Source of the DNA: an uncultured Erysipelotrichaceae bacterium
GTDB lineage: Bacteria > Bacillota_I > Bacilli_A > Erysipelotrichales > Coprobacillaceae
Assembly: GCA_900538465.1 (NCBI GenBank)
Contig: UPXV01000008.1
Location: 1,436 to 65,435, forward strand
Reading direction: 5' to 3'
DNA: 64,000 bases
Below the pieces are notes generated by a model. It saw only the letters and a program-made list of their open reading frames with translations, was not told where the DNA came from and did no database searches. Below, in pieces: positions 1 to 8,683 of the stretch (its first letter is position 1; every line of letters begins with the position of its first letter). The translations under genes and the position numbers were made by a program.

Positions 1-16
1 TCAAGGAGGGAAGATC

Positions 17-841
17 ATGAAAGTTAAAAGAATAATAGCATTTTTGATAGGTACAGCATTATTGGGGACAATTCTTTATTTATATTTTGGTTTTAATGGA
101 AGTTTTTTAGTGAAATCATATGTGAATAGCTGTGCTCAAGATTACATTGAGGAAACTTATCAAAATGAACAATTGAATATTGATGAAGTGGTCTATAACT
201 TTAAAGATGGGTTATATTATGTCAAAGTCTCAAAACCTAATAGTCAAGATATTCATTTTAGCATTTCTTATACTTGGAATGGGACAAGACGTTATGATGA
301 ATATGAAAATATGGTATTAAGCAAATGGAATACAATGACACGTTTAGACATGGAATATCGTGATTTGGTTCAAGAAGTTTTAACAAAGCAAGATTTTCCT
401 TTGCCAATTACTGATATTGCATATGGGGATTTACAAGAGATGGAAGATACAGAAAAATATGTCAATGATAAAAATCTTTATACTCCTTTTGGTATTGATA
501 CAAAGTCCTTAAAAATAGATGGCCATTATGATATAAAAGAATTAGGAAAAATAGCTGGTGTTCTAACACTTTATGTTGAAGATGAAGAAGTATCTATTGA
601 TAAAGCAACTCAATATTTAATTTTATTAAAAGACTATATGGATAAAAATAATATTCCTTTTTATGCAGTAGATTTTGTTTTACAAAAACCAAATAGAAAC
701 GAAGAATCTATAAGATTAATTAAGTTTTTATATAAAGATATTCAAGGAGAAGACTTGAAGAAAAAAGTTGAGGAAAATTATCAAAAAACACAACAATATT
801 ATCATGAATGGGATCAAGAAAAAGATGCAGGTCGTGTGTAA
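17..841 (+). CDS. hypothetical membrane-anchored protein (N-terminal TM helix, about 240-aa extracytoplasmic domain)
   Basis: Complete 274-aa ORF with SD GGAGGG 6 nt upstream of ATG; hydrophobic N-terminus IIAFLIGTALLGTILYLYF; no recognisable catalytic motif. Confidence 0.5.
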   Translation: MKVKRIIAFLIGTALLGTILYLYFGFNGSFLVKSYVNSCAQDYIEETYQNEQLNIDEVVYNFKDGLYYVKVSKPNSQDIHFSISYTWNGTRRYDEYENMVLSKWNTMTRLDMEYRDLVQEVLTKQDFPLPITDIAYGDLQEMEDTEKYVNDKNLYTPFGIDTKSLKIDGHYDIKELGKIAGVLTLYVEDEEVSIDKATQYLILLKDYMDKNNIPFYAVDFVLQKPNRNEESIRLIKFLYKDIQGEDLKKKVEENYQKTQQYYHEWDQEKDAGRV

Positions 842-919
842 AACAATATTAATAAAATCTTAAGAAATTTTTAAGGAGCTATTATTAATTATTTTCTATT
901 TTCAAAGTATACTGACACT

Positions 920-1330
920 ATGGAGGTAAGATATATGAAAAAGAAGATATTAATGACACTTATTTTCATTTTATGTTTATCAACAATGTTGTTTCCTTGG
1001 TTTGGGAAAATGCAAGGGATGGATGATATATCAGGATTAATTTTATTAAAAAATCCTGTTGCTGTGACATGTATCATCTTGACCTTTATTGGAATTTGGA
1101 CTGATTTTGGAAAGAATAGTGAAATAATTGGAGCTATTGGATTAATTGGAATTATTATAATGGAAATTTATGAATTTTTAACATGGCATATTTTAACAAT
1201 TACTGGTCATTTTGATTTGAATTTAAGTATTCATTCGAGTTATCCAGAATTCTATTTAGCTATTTTATGTACTTTTATTACTTATATAATTTATAAACAC
1301 TTTTATCAAAAAATAGACTTGACAGTTTGA
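920..1330 (+). CDS. hypothetical small integral membrane protein (about 4 TM)
   Basis: 136-aa ORF, highly hydrophobic; the overlapping minus-strand ORF 889-1077 judged spurious. Confidence 0.45.
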   Translation: MEVRYMKKKILMTLIFILCLSTMLFPWFGKMQGMDDISGLILLKNPVAVTCIILTFIGIWTDFGKNSEIIGAIGLIGIIIMEIYEFLTWHILTITGHFDLNLSIHSSYPEFYLAILCTFITYIIYKHFYQKIDLTV

Positions 1331-1370
1331 TAATCACCTGTTTATATATAAGAAACAAGAGGGTGAGAAT

Positions 1371-3251
1371 ATGATGCAGAAAATCAAAGAATATAAGTTT
1401 TATGATATGTATAAAAATATTATTCAATTTGAAATTTGCTATAAGATTCTGACTCTTTTTATATTGAGTCCTATTTTAAGGAGAATTTTAAGAGAATATT
1501 TAGATCGTGTTTCTTATGGAATTGCATTTAATCAAGATATTATTTATCAGTTCTTATCATGGCAAGGGATTGTTGTTGCTTTGTTGTTGTTTTTATTTAT
1601 GATTTTGATTATTTTTTATGAGTTATATGTTGTGATTCAAATCTTAGCACTAGGAGAAAAGAATAAGGAGTTTTCATTAAGACAACTCTTACTAAAGAGT
1701 TTTGGAAATTTAAAGTCTTTGCATTATCCATCTTTATTGATTTGTGGAATTTATATTGTTTTATTATTGCCTCTTGTTCATGTTGGTTATCTTAATAGTT
1801 ATATACCTAGATGGGAAATTCCTCCTTTTATTTTTGGTGAATTAAAATTAACAACACTAGGGAATATGTTAATTGTTTTGATTTATCTTGTTTATTATTC
1901 TTTATTTCTTTTGATGATATTTGTGCCTATTTTTATGGTTTTAAAGAGACAAAGTATTATAAAAGCAATAAAAGAAAGTTTTTGTTTGTTGAAGACAATA
2001 ACAATGTATGATCGATTAAAACTTTTTTCTATTATTGTTGTATGGATAATTATTGAGTATTTTATTATGAAGATTTTACCTTATCCAATATTACATAATC
2101 GTGATTTTAATTGGTATTTTATAAAATATATAATTAATTCTGCTGCTTTTCGTTATAGTGCAATTCAATATATTTTATTTTATTTATTATCGTTAATGGC
2201 CATGATTGCTTTTATACGTTATATTATTATGTTAGTTAAAAAATATGATGTTGAATTGATAACTGTGAATGAAATTCCAATAGATACGGATCAGTTGAAT
2301 AAATGGGTTTATCAGATTCAAAATTTTTGTAAAGAACTTTATCAAAATATAAAAATGAAAATGAAACATTTTGGTTTCTATCAAAAACATAAAAGAATTA
2401 CACAGGGGATACTTGTTATTTTGGTCATTTGTTTAATGTCTCTTTATTTACAACAAGATGCTTTGGTTCATAAGCCTTGGGTTATTGGACATCGAGGATC
2501 AGGATATTATGTAGAAAATAGTTTTGAAGCTGTACAGGATGCCAATATGAATGGTGCTGATTTTGCTGAAATTGATATTCAATTATCCAAAGATAATGTT
2601 CCTATGGTCTTTCATGATGCCTCTTTATCTCGTTTGTCTGATGTGAATAAAGCTATAAGTGATTTAACTGCTCAAGAGTTAGAAACGATATCTATTTATG
2701 AAAAAAATCATGAATCTCATATTATCTCTTTGGAACATTTGATAGAAAAGATGAGAGAGGAGAAGATGAAAGTTGGACTTTTAATTGAATTAAAACCAAG
2801 TGGTGATAATAGTCAACAAATGGTTCATAAAATAATTGAAATTATTGAAAAATATCAATTTTCTAAACAAGCTATTTTTATGTCACTTGATTATAAGAGT
2901 GTATCTTTATTGAATCAATTGAAACCTGAATGGTGGGTTGGATATTGTATTTTTGGAAGTGTTGGGGATATTGATGATTCAATTTGGGATATGAATATAG
3001 ATTTTTTAGCAATGGAAGAAAATCGTGCAAGTACATCCATGATTCAAAAAGCTGTGAGTCATATGATTCCTATTTATATTTGGACTGTTGATAATTCTAA
3101 AAAGATGAAACAATATTTAGATATGGGTGTTTGTGGATTGATTACAAATTATCCTGATATAGCAAAGAAAGTCATTGATGATTATCAAAAGAAACATTTT
3201 CAGTATTATTACTATGATGGAAAAGGCTATCCACAATTCTCATGGTCATAA
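1371..3251 (+). CDS. membrane-domain glycerophosphodiester phosphodiesterase (GDPD) family protein
   Basis: N-terminal about 330 aa polytopic membrane region; C-terminal GDPD signature HRGSGYYVENSFEAVQDA...EIDIQLSKDNVPMVFHD. Confidence 0.7.
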   Translation: MMQKIKEYKFYDMYKNIIQFEICYKILTLFILSPILRRILREYLDRVSYGIAFNQDIIYQFLSWQGIVVALLLFLFMILIIFYELYVVIQILALGEKNKEFSLRQLLLKSFGNLKSLHYPSLLICGIYIVLLLPLVHVGYLNSYIPRWEIPPFIFGELKLTTLGNMLIVLIYLVYYSLFLLMIFVPIFMVLKRQSIIKAIKESFCLLKTITMYDRLKLFSIIVVWIIIEYFIMKILPYPILHNRDFNWYFIKYIINSAAFRYSAIQYILFYLLSLMAMIAFIRYIIMLVKKYDVELITVNEIPIDTDQLNKWVYQIQNFCKELYQNIKMKMKHFGFYQKHKRITQGILVILVICLMSLYLQQDALVHKPWVIGHRGSGYYVENSFEAVQDANMNGADFAEIDIQLSKDNVPMVFHDASLSRLSDVNKAISDLTAQELETISIYEKNHESHIISLEHLIEKMREEKMKVGLLIELKPSGDNSQQMVHKIIEIIEKYQFSKQAIFMSLDYKSVSLLNQLKPEWWVGYCIFGSVGDIDDSIWDMNIDFLAMEENRASTSMIQKAVSHMIPIYIWTVDNSKKMKQYLDMGVCGLITNYPDIAKKVIDDYQKKHFQYYYYDGKGYPQFSWS

Positions 3252-3265
3252 GAAAAAGGACAAAT

Positions 3266-5071
3266 TTAATTGTCCTTAAATTCTAATTCAATGTGATAGA
3301 TTTTCCCCCACAAATAAATCTGATAAAAGTATGCCATAAGTTGAGGACCCATCATTAATTGACCAAACCATGGTGATGTAAAACTTTGACCTTTGGTTTC
3401 AACAAAAGTTTCTAATTTGTTTTTATCAAAAAATTCATAGAGAATATTAGAAGGATCACTTAGTGATTCTTTTAATTTTTGATAAATAAATTCGCAGTAA
3501 ATTGGTGAATGGGTTTTTGGATAAGGATTTTTCTTACGATGAGCAATATCTTTTGGTAAAATATCTTCAAAAGCTTTTCGTAAGATTCCTTTTTCCTCAT
3601 TGTTGTAGAACATAAAGTCACTAGGCATATTGTAAAGATATTCAATGATTTTGGTTGAGGCGAAAGGAACTCGAACTTCTATAGAAGAGCGTGCTGTTTG
3701 ACTATCGGCACGTGTTAGTAGAGTTTGCATAAACCATTGTGAATTTAAATAAATCATTTGTTTCTTTTGATCAGTTGTAGAAATTTCAGATAATGTTTCT
3801 TGATATCTTTGTAAAATATAATCTTTAATATTTAAGGCTTTGACTTGTTCATTAAATAAATCTATTTTTAAATCTAAATCACGCATCCAAGGAAAATAAG
3901 GTTGTTCATAGAGCTCTTTTTTATAGAACCAAGGATAACCTCCAAAGATTTCATCAGCACATTCTCCAGATAATGAAAGTTTATGTTTATTAGAAACAGC
4001 TTTTGAAAAAAGGAGAAAACTAGAATCAACATCTGCCATACCTGGCATATCTCTTGCGATTAATGCCTCTTCTAAAGAATTTATTAATTCCTCTTGTTTT
4101 AATACAATTTTTTGATGATCCGTATGATAAAGATCAATCATTTCCTGGATATAATCATCATCCATACTCGTTTGATATTCATACGCATGAAAATACTTTT
4201 CTTGATCTTCATAAGTAATACTGTAGGTTGAAAGTGGTTGAACATATTGCTTTGTAATAGCTGTAATAATGCTTGAATCCAAACCACCTGACAACATTGT
4301 TGAAAGTGGAACATCTCCTATTAATTGTTTTTGAACACTATCAATAACTAATTCTCTGACTTTTTGAATCGTCTCTTCTAAATTATCTGTATGTTCTTGA
4401 TCGTGTAATTTCCAATAACAAGTTGGATGGCATTTTCCATCAAAGAACATATAATAACCTGGACGCAAAGAATAGATACCTTTATAAATAGTATATCCTG
4501 GTGTCATACTTGGTCCAAGGCCTAATAATTCCTTTATGCCTCGTTGATCCACAACAGCCTTACCGATATAGCTTAAAATACATTTAATTTCACTCGCAAT
4601 AACAATCGTTTCATCCTCTAAATAATAATAAAGAGGTTTTACGCCTAATGGATCTCTAGCAATAAATAAACGGTCCCCATCATCAATTACAAAAGCAAAA
4701 ACACCCTCAAATAAATCAACACAATGTTCTTGATATTCAATATAGCTTGCTAAAACAACTTCAGTATCGCTCGTTGTTTCAAATGTATAGCCAAGTGTGA
4801 GAAGATGATTTTTGATTTCCATCATATTATAGATTTCACCATCATAAGTGATTCTATAAATCTTATCATTTTGAGTATATAACATTGGTTGTTGACCATT
4901 TTTTTGGTCAATAATCGCTAAACTTCTATGAGCCATTAGACAATGAGGAGTTAAAAAATATCCTTCATAATCTGGTCCACGTTTTGACAACAAATGGCTC
5001 ATTCTCACCAGTTTATCATCATTTTCTAATAAATTTCTCGTATAATTACAAATCGTTACGATTCCACACAT
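3266..5071 (-). CDS. asnB: asparagine synthase (glutamine-hydrolysing)
   Basis: Start MCGIVT (Cys2 nucleophile of class-II amidotransferase) preceded by GGGGTGA SD; AsnB-type SGGLDSS PP-loop; the track ORF extends upstream to a non-SD start. Confidence 0.85.
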   Translation of the reverse strand: MCGIVTICNYTRNLLENDDKLVRMSHLLSKRGPDYEGYFLTPHCLMAHRSLAIIDQKNGQQPMLYTQNDKIYRITYDGEIYNMMEIKNHLLTLGYTFETTSDTEVVLASYIEYQEHCVDLFEGVFAFVIDDGDRLFIARDPLGVKPLYYYLEDETIVIASEIKCILSYIGKAVVDQRGIKELLGLGPSMTPGYTIYKGIYSLRPGYYMFFDGKCHPTCYWKLHDQEHTDNLEETIQKVRELVIDSVQKQLIGDVPLSTMLSGGLDSSIITAITKQYVQPLSTYSITYEDQEKYFHAYEYQTSMDDDYIQEMIDLYHTDHQKIVLKQEELINSLEEALIARDMPGMADVDSSFLLFSKAVSNKHKLSLSGECADEIFGGYPWFYKKELYEQPYFPWMRDLDLKIDLFNEQVKALNIKDYILQRYQETLSEISTTDQKKQMIYLNSQWFMQTLLTRADSQTARSSIEVRVPFASTKIIEYLYNMPSDFMFYNNEEKGILRKAFEDILPKDIAHRKKNPYPKTHSPIYCEFIYQKLKESLSDPSNILYEFFDKNKLETFVETKGQSFTSPWFGQLMMGPQLMAYFYQIYLWGKIYHIELEFKDN

Positions 5072-5181
5072 AGATTTCACCCCATATATTGTATGGTGAA
5101 AGTGAGAAAAATATGAGAAAAAAGTGAGGCAAATTGAGTAGCAACTTGAGACGCACACCTATTGATTTCGTGTTATGATAG

Positions 5182-6333
5182 ATGCGGGTGATGAAAATGC
5201 AATGTCCAAGATGTCATAATCAAAATGCAAAACAAATATTTCGTATCAATGGTCAATTTTATTGTCGAAGCTGTATTCAATTTCATAGAGTCCCAATTTT
5301 GAAAATGAGATTGACAAAGCATGGGCAATATCTATCCTCCTCTATTCATTATTCATTAGACTTCGAACTTTCAAAAGCACAAAAGAACCTCTCAAATCAA
5401 TTGGTAAGTCATTATCAGAATCATCGTAATTGCTTGGTTTTAGCAGTGTGTGGTTCGGGTAAAACAGAAATTGTTTTTGAAGTGATTCGTTATGCTTTAT
5501 CAATTGGCCATCGTGTTTGTTTTTGTATTCCACGCCGTGAACTGGTTCAAGAACTTTATCAAAGAGTGAAATCTTCGTTTCAAGATATTTCTATTGGATT
5601 GGTTTATGGTGGACATATTGAAAATTTAGATGCGCAATTTGTGATTTGTACAATGCATCAATTGTATCGTTTTGAAAATGATATTGGTTTTGATTTGATG
5701 ATTGCAGATGAGGTTGATGCTTTTCCTTTCTATGGAAATGGTGTTCTTCAAGAAATCTTTGATAGATGTTGTTTAGGACAATATATCAAACTCAGTGCAA
5801 CTTTAATGCATGAAGATATTCATGGTGAGGAAGTTCTCATTATGAATCGTCGCTATCATGGCTTTGATCTTCCTATCCCACGTATGATAATTGCTCCTGA
5901 TAGTTTGCAAAAATATGTTTTGAAATATTTGTTACACCGTTTAGCTCATAAGAAAGTGTTGATTTATGTTCCCACAGTAGCATGTGTCAATCAACTCGTT
6001 TCTGATTTCAATACCTCTCATCGCATTCAAGGTGTTTCTTCAAAACATAAAGAGAATCAAAAGACAATTCAAGCACTTAAAAATGGTCAATTGGATGCTA
6101 TTGTAACAACAACTTTATTAGAAAGAGGTGTTACGATCGAGGATGTTCAAGTGATTGTTTATCATGGACAACACAGTATCTTTGACCAACGGACACTGAT
6201 TCAAATTGCGGGACGTGTAGGAAGAAAACCCAATCATCCTACAGGCAAAGTCTATGTTTTAACAAGTGAAAGAACAAAATCTATTCTCCAATGTATAAAG
6301 ACCATCAAGAAACTCAATCGGATGAGTGTTTAA
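5182..6333 (+). CDS. comFA: competence protein ComFA (DEAD/DEAH-box helicase with N-terminal zinc finger)
   Basis: CPRCHN...CRSC zinc ribbon, Walker A AVCGSGKT, DEVD box, helicase C motifs; followed by comFC. Start could be 5182/5191/5197. Confidence 0.75.
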   Translation: MRVMKMQCPRCHNQNAKQIFRINGQFYCRSCIQFHRVPILKMRLTKHGQYLSSSIHYSLDFELSKAQKNLSNQLVSHYQNHRNCLVLAVCGSGKTEIVFEVIRYALSIGHRVCFCIPRRELVQELYQRVKSSFQDISIGLVYGGHIENLDAQFVICTMHQLYRFENDIGFDLMIADEVDAFPFYGNGVLQEIFDRCCLGQYIKLSATLMHEDIHGEEVLIMNRRYHGFDLPIPRMIIAPDSLQKYVLKYLLHRLAHKKVLIYVPTVACVNQLVSDFNTSHRIQGVSSKHKENQKTIQALKNGQLDAIVTTTLLERGVTIEDVQVIVYHGQHSIFDQRTLIQIAGRVGRKPNHPTGKVYVLTSERTKSILQCIKTIKKLNRMSV

Positions 6334-6944
6334 TCTGTTTTCAACCTATACTTCGTAGTCTGTCATTTGTTCACCTTGTTAAACATTATCCATTATGTCC
6401 AAAATGTCTTTCACAGTTTGAAAGACTCGATTGGCACATTGATTTTCATCATTACCCTTTACATATTCTTTATGCGTATAATTCTTTTTTTCAAAGCTTA
6501 CTCTTTCAATACAAAGGTCTATATGACTATCCTTTAAAAGATGCTTTCTTATGTTTGGATAAAGATCATTTTAAAAATCAATATCGCGATTATATTATAG
6601 TGACAGCCCCAAGTTTTGAAGAAGATAATGTCATACGAGGATTTGCGCCAGTCCCCACAATTGCATCTACTTTTTCAAATCAGATTTTTACTGGTCTTTA
6701 TAAAACAGAAAAGTATAAACAAAGTAATTTATCGTATGAAGAAAGATCGTTAGCAAAAGAAAAAATTGGAATTAGAGATGGAGAAAAACTAAAGGGCAAG
6801 AAAGTATTGATTTTTGATGATGTGATAACATCAGGCTCAACACTTTCAACATGTTTATCGCTTGTCTTAAAGCAAGAACCACAATGTGTAGAATTATTAG
6901 TACTTGCTTCAAGAAGAAAAAAAGAAGAATTGAAGTTTGCTTAA
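6291..6944 (+). CDS. comFC: ComF family protein ComFC (phosphoribosyltransferase-like)
   Basis: N-terminal Cys-rich region CLICF...CPKC and PRTase motif VLIFDDVITSGSTL; overlaps comFA end. Confidence 0.75.
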   Translation: MYKDHQETQSDECLICFQPILRSLSFVHLVKHYPLCPKCLSQFERLDWHIDFHHYPLHILYAYNSFFQSLLFQYKGLYDYPLKDAFLCLDKDHFKNQYRDYIIVTAPSFEEDNVIRGFAPVPTIASTFSNQIFTGLYKTEKYKQSNLSYEERSLAKEKIGIRDGEKLKGKKVLIFDDVITSGSTLSTCLSLVLKQEPQCVELLVLASRRKKEELKFA

Positions 6945-7021
6945 AGAAGAGACAGTGTCTCTTCTTTTCCATTGTTTATATGAAAAAACAAGAGTAAAAT
7001 GATGTTATCAATAAAAAAGTA

Positions 7022-7052
7022 TTGACCTTAGAGGAAGTGTAAGGTTTATAGT
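7022..7052 (+). promoter_or_regulatory. MerR-type promoter: TTGACC -35, 19-bp spacer containing dyad ACCTTA-N9-TAAGGT, TATAGT -10
   Basis: -35 at 7022-7027, -10 at 7047-7052, spacer exactly 19 nt; inverted repeat 7025-7030/7040-7045 centred in the spacer; directly upstream of a MerR-family gene. Confidence 0.5.
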
Positions 7053-7073
7053 TAATATAAGGAGTTGATAATT

Positions 7074-8171
7074 ATGCAAATAAAAGACGTAGAAGAATTA
7101 TTGCAAATGACATCTTATACAATAAGATATTATGAGAAAATAGGGTTAATTCATCCTCAAAGAGATGAAAATGGGTATCGTCATTATACAAATGAAGATA
7201 TTCGTGATTTAAAGAAAATTAGATTTTTAAGAGATTTAGAAATTCCTATTGAAGATATTGAAAATATTTTGAATCATTCTCAAAGTTTTCAAGAGGTTTT
7301 AGAAAAACATCTTCAAACATTAAGTTCAAAAATGAAATCATTAGAATATGCACAAAGTGTATGTGAAGAATTAAAAGAAAAAAATATTCCATTATTAGAT
7401 GCGATGATTGATGAAAAAATTATCATCAACGAAAAAATTGATCAGAAACAAATGACAAAAGGATTGCAAAGAGTTGTTCAATATTTAAAACCTTCTCAAA
7501 CTGTTGTCATTGGGGCAAGAGAGACGCCAATTGATTTTATTATAGGAGTATTTGTTATGATATTTACCAGTTTGATATGTGGATTGGGATTGACTTTTGG
7601 GATTGCTAATACCATTAATTATATGAATCGTGTCAATAAAATGAATATCTTACCTTCCTATTCACCAAGTATTGGGGTGTTTATAATTATAACATTGGTA
7701 AGTTTTCTTGTTTTATTTATTATTCTTTATAGATTTGTTATTAAACAAGATTATATTGAATTGACTGATCAAAATGTTTCTATTTGTAGTCAACAATTTC
7801 AAAGACCGTGGTCTATATTTTTGGGAATGTTATTGAAACAAACACATCAGCGTAATCAAAACTATGGTTATGAAGAATTATCAAATGTAGATATTAAACT
7901 CAAATTTTCTACAATGTCAGGTGGGAAGTCTGGGTTATGGAATATTTATGTTCCTATATTTATATTCCATTTTATTGATGGACAAGAGTATTGTATTGAA
8001 TCTGGTGTATCATTTGGAGAAAAAAGCCAACAAACGTATAATATTTTAAAACAAAAGCAAATATCAATGAATATTCAAAAAGAAGTGCAGGATTTCTTTG
8101 AACAAAGCGAGCAAAAAGGCTTTGATTATTTTGAAGCTATTTATCATCATAATGGAAAAAGAATTAGATAA
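7074..8171 (+). CDS. MerR-family transcriptional regulator fused to a two-TM membrane segment and C-terminal domain
   Basis: ATG 7074 with GGAG SD 9 nt upstream; N-terminal HTH_MerR (TSYTIRYYEKIGLIHPQRDENGYRHYTNEDIRDLKKIRFLRDLEIPIEDI), coiled coil, two hydrophobic helices, about 130-aa C-terminal domain. Confidence 0.7.
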   Translation: MQIKDVEELLQMTSYTIRYYEKIGLIHPQRDENGYRHYTNEDIRDLKKIRFLRDLEIPIEDIENILNHSQSFQEVLEKHLQTLSSKMKSLEYAQSVCEELKEKNIPLLDAMIDEKIIINEKIDQKQMTKGLQRVVQYLKPSQTVVIGARETPIDFIIGVFVMIFTSLICGLGLTFGIANTINYMNRVNKMNILPSYSPSIGVFIIITLVSFLVLFIILYRFVIKQDYIELTDQNVSICSQQFQRPWSIFLGMLLKQTHQRNQNYGYEELSNVDIKLKFSTMSGGKSGLWNIYVPIFIFHFIDGQEYCIESGVSFGEKSQQTYNILKQKQISMNIQKEVQDFFEQSEQKGFDYFEAIYHHNGKRIR

Positions 8172-8188
8172 CGAAAATATTTTTTGAC

Positions 8189-8204
8189 ATATTTCCTAGG
8201 AAAT
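8189..8204. promoter_or_regulatory. perfect 16-bp palindrome TATTTCCTAGGAAATA abutting a TTGACA hexamer upstream of csp
   Basis: Reverse complement identical; TTGACA at 8184-8189 overlaps its 5' edge; lies in the 170-nt region upstream of the cold-shock gene. Confidence 0.4.
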
Positions 8205-8340
8205 AGACAAGATATGATTCAATAAGAGAAAAGCAGCAGAGAAAAAAATCATTTTTTTAAAAGTGTCGACAGACTTTGATGAATTATTTACAAATGAACT
8301 CATATAATGTGAGTGACCATGAAGTAAAGGAGTTGTTATT

Positions 8341-8538
8341 ATGCAAGGTAAAGTAAAATGGTTTAACGCAGAAAAAGGATTTGGATTCATTGATAGAGGA
8401 GAAGGCAAAGACGTTTTTGTTCACTATAGTCAAATTGTTCAAGATGGATATAAATCTTTAAATGAAGGTGAAGTTGTAGAATTTGAACTTTATCAAAGTG
8501 ATAGAGGCTTACAAGCAAAACATGTTGTAAAAATCTAA
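8341..8538 (+). CDS. cspA: cold-shock protein (CspA family)
   Basis: [17 protein letters not shown]...RNP-1/RNP-2 motifs; 65 aa; AAAGGAG SD. Confidence 0.9.
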   Translation: MQGKVKWFNAEKGFGFIDRGEGKDVFVHYSQIVQDGYKSLNEGEVVEFELYQSDRGLQAKHVVKI

Positions 8539-8545
8539 AGATATG

Positions 8546-8575
8546 GCACATATGAAAATATGTGCTATTTTCTTT
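8546..8575 (+). terminator. intrinsic terminator after csp (GCACATAT-gaaa-ATATGTGC + T-run)
   Basis: 8-bp perfect stem followed by TATTTTCTTT. Confidence 0.6.
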
Positions 8576-8617
8576 GTATGAAGTAGGGATGAAAGTGTTA
8601 TTTTAGATGAGTTTAAC

Positions 8618-8646
8618 TTTGTTTTGATGAAAATATATGGTATAAT
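8618..8646 (+). promoter_or_regulatory. secA promoter with extended -10 (TTTGTT -35, 17-nt spacer, TGG-TATAAT)
   Basis: TATAAT 8641-8646 preceded by TGG; predicted TSS about 8653, downstream of the track ORF's first ATGs, then SD AAAGGAGA before ATG 8684. Confidence 0.45.
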
Positions 8647-8683
8647 GTATAATGTTTCAAAATGCATGAAAGGAGATTTGTTC

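Noticed and set aside
889-1077. 62-aa minus-strand ORF overlapping start of membrane protein gene 920-1330
   Set aside because: Overlaps promoter/5' end of a better-supported plus-strand gene; AT-rich chance ORF
8624-8683. Upstream ATGs of the secA ORF as listed in the ORF track (MMKIYGIMYNVSKCMKGDLF...)
   Set aside because: They overlap the predicted promoter (-10 at 8641-8646) and precede the SD; ATG 8684 is the supported start
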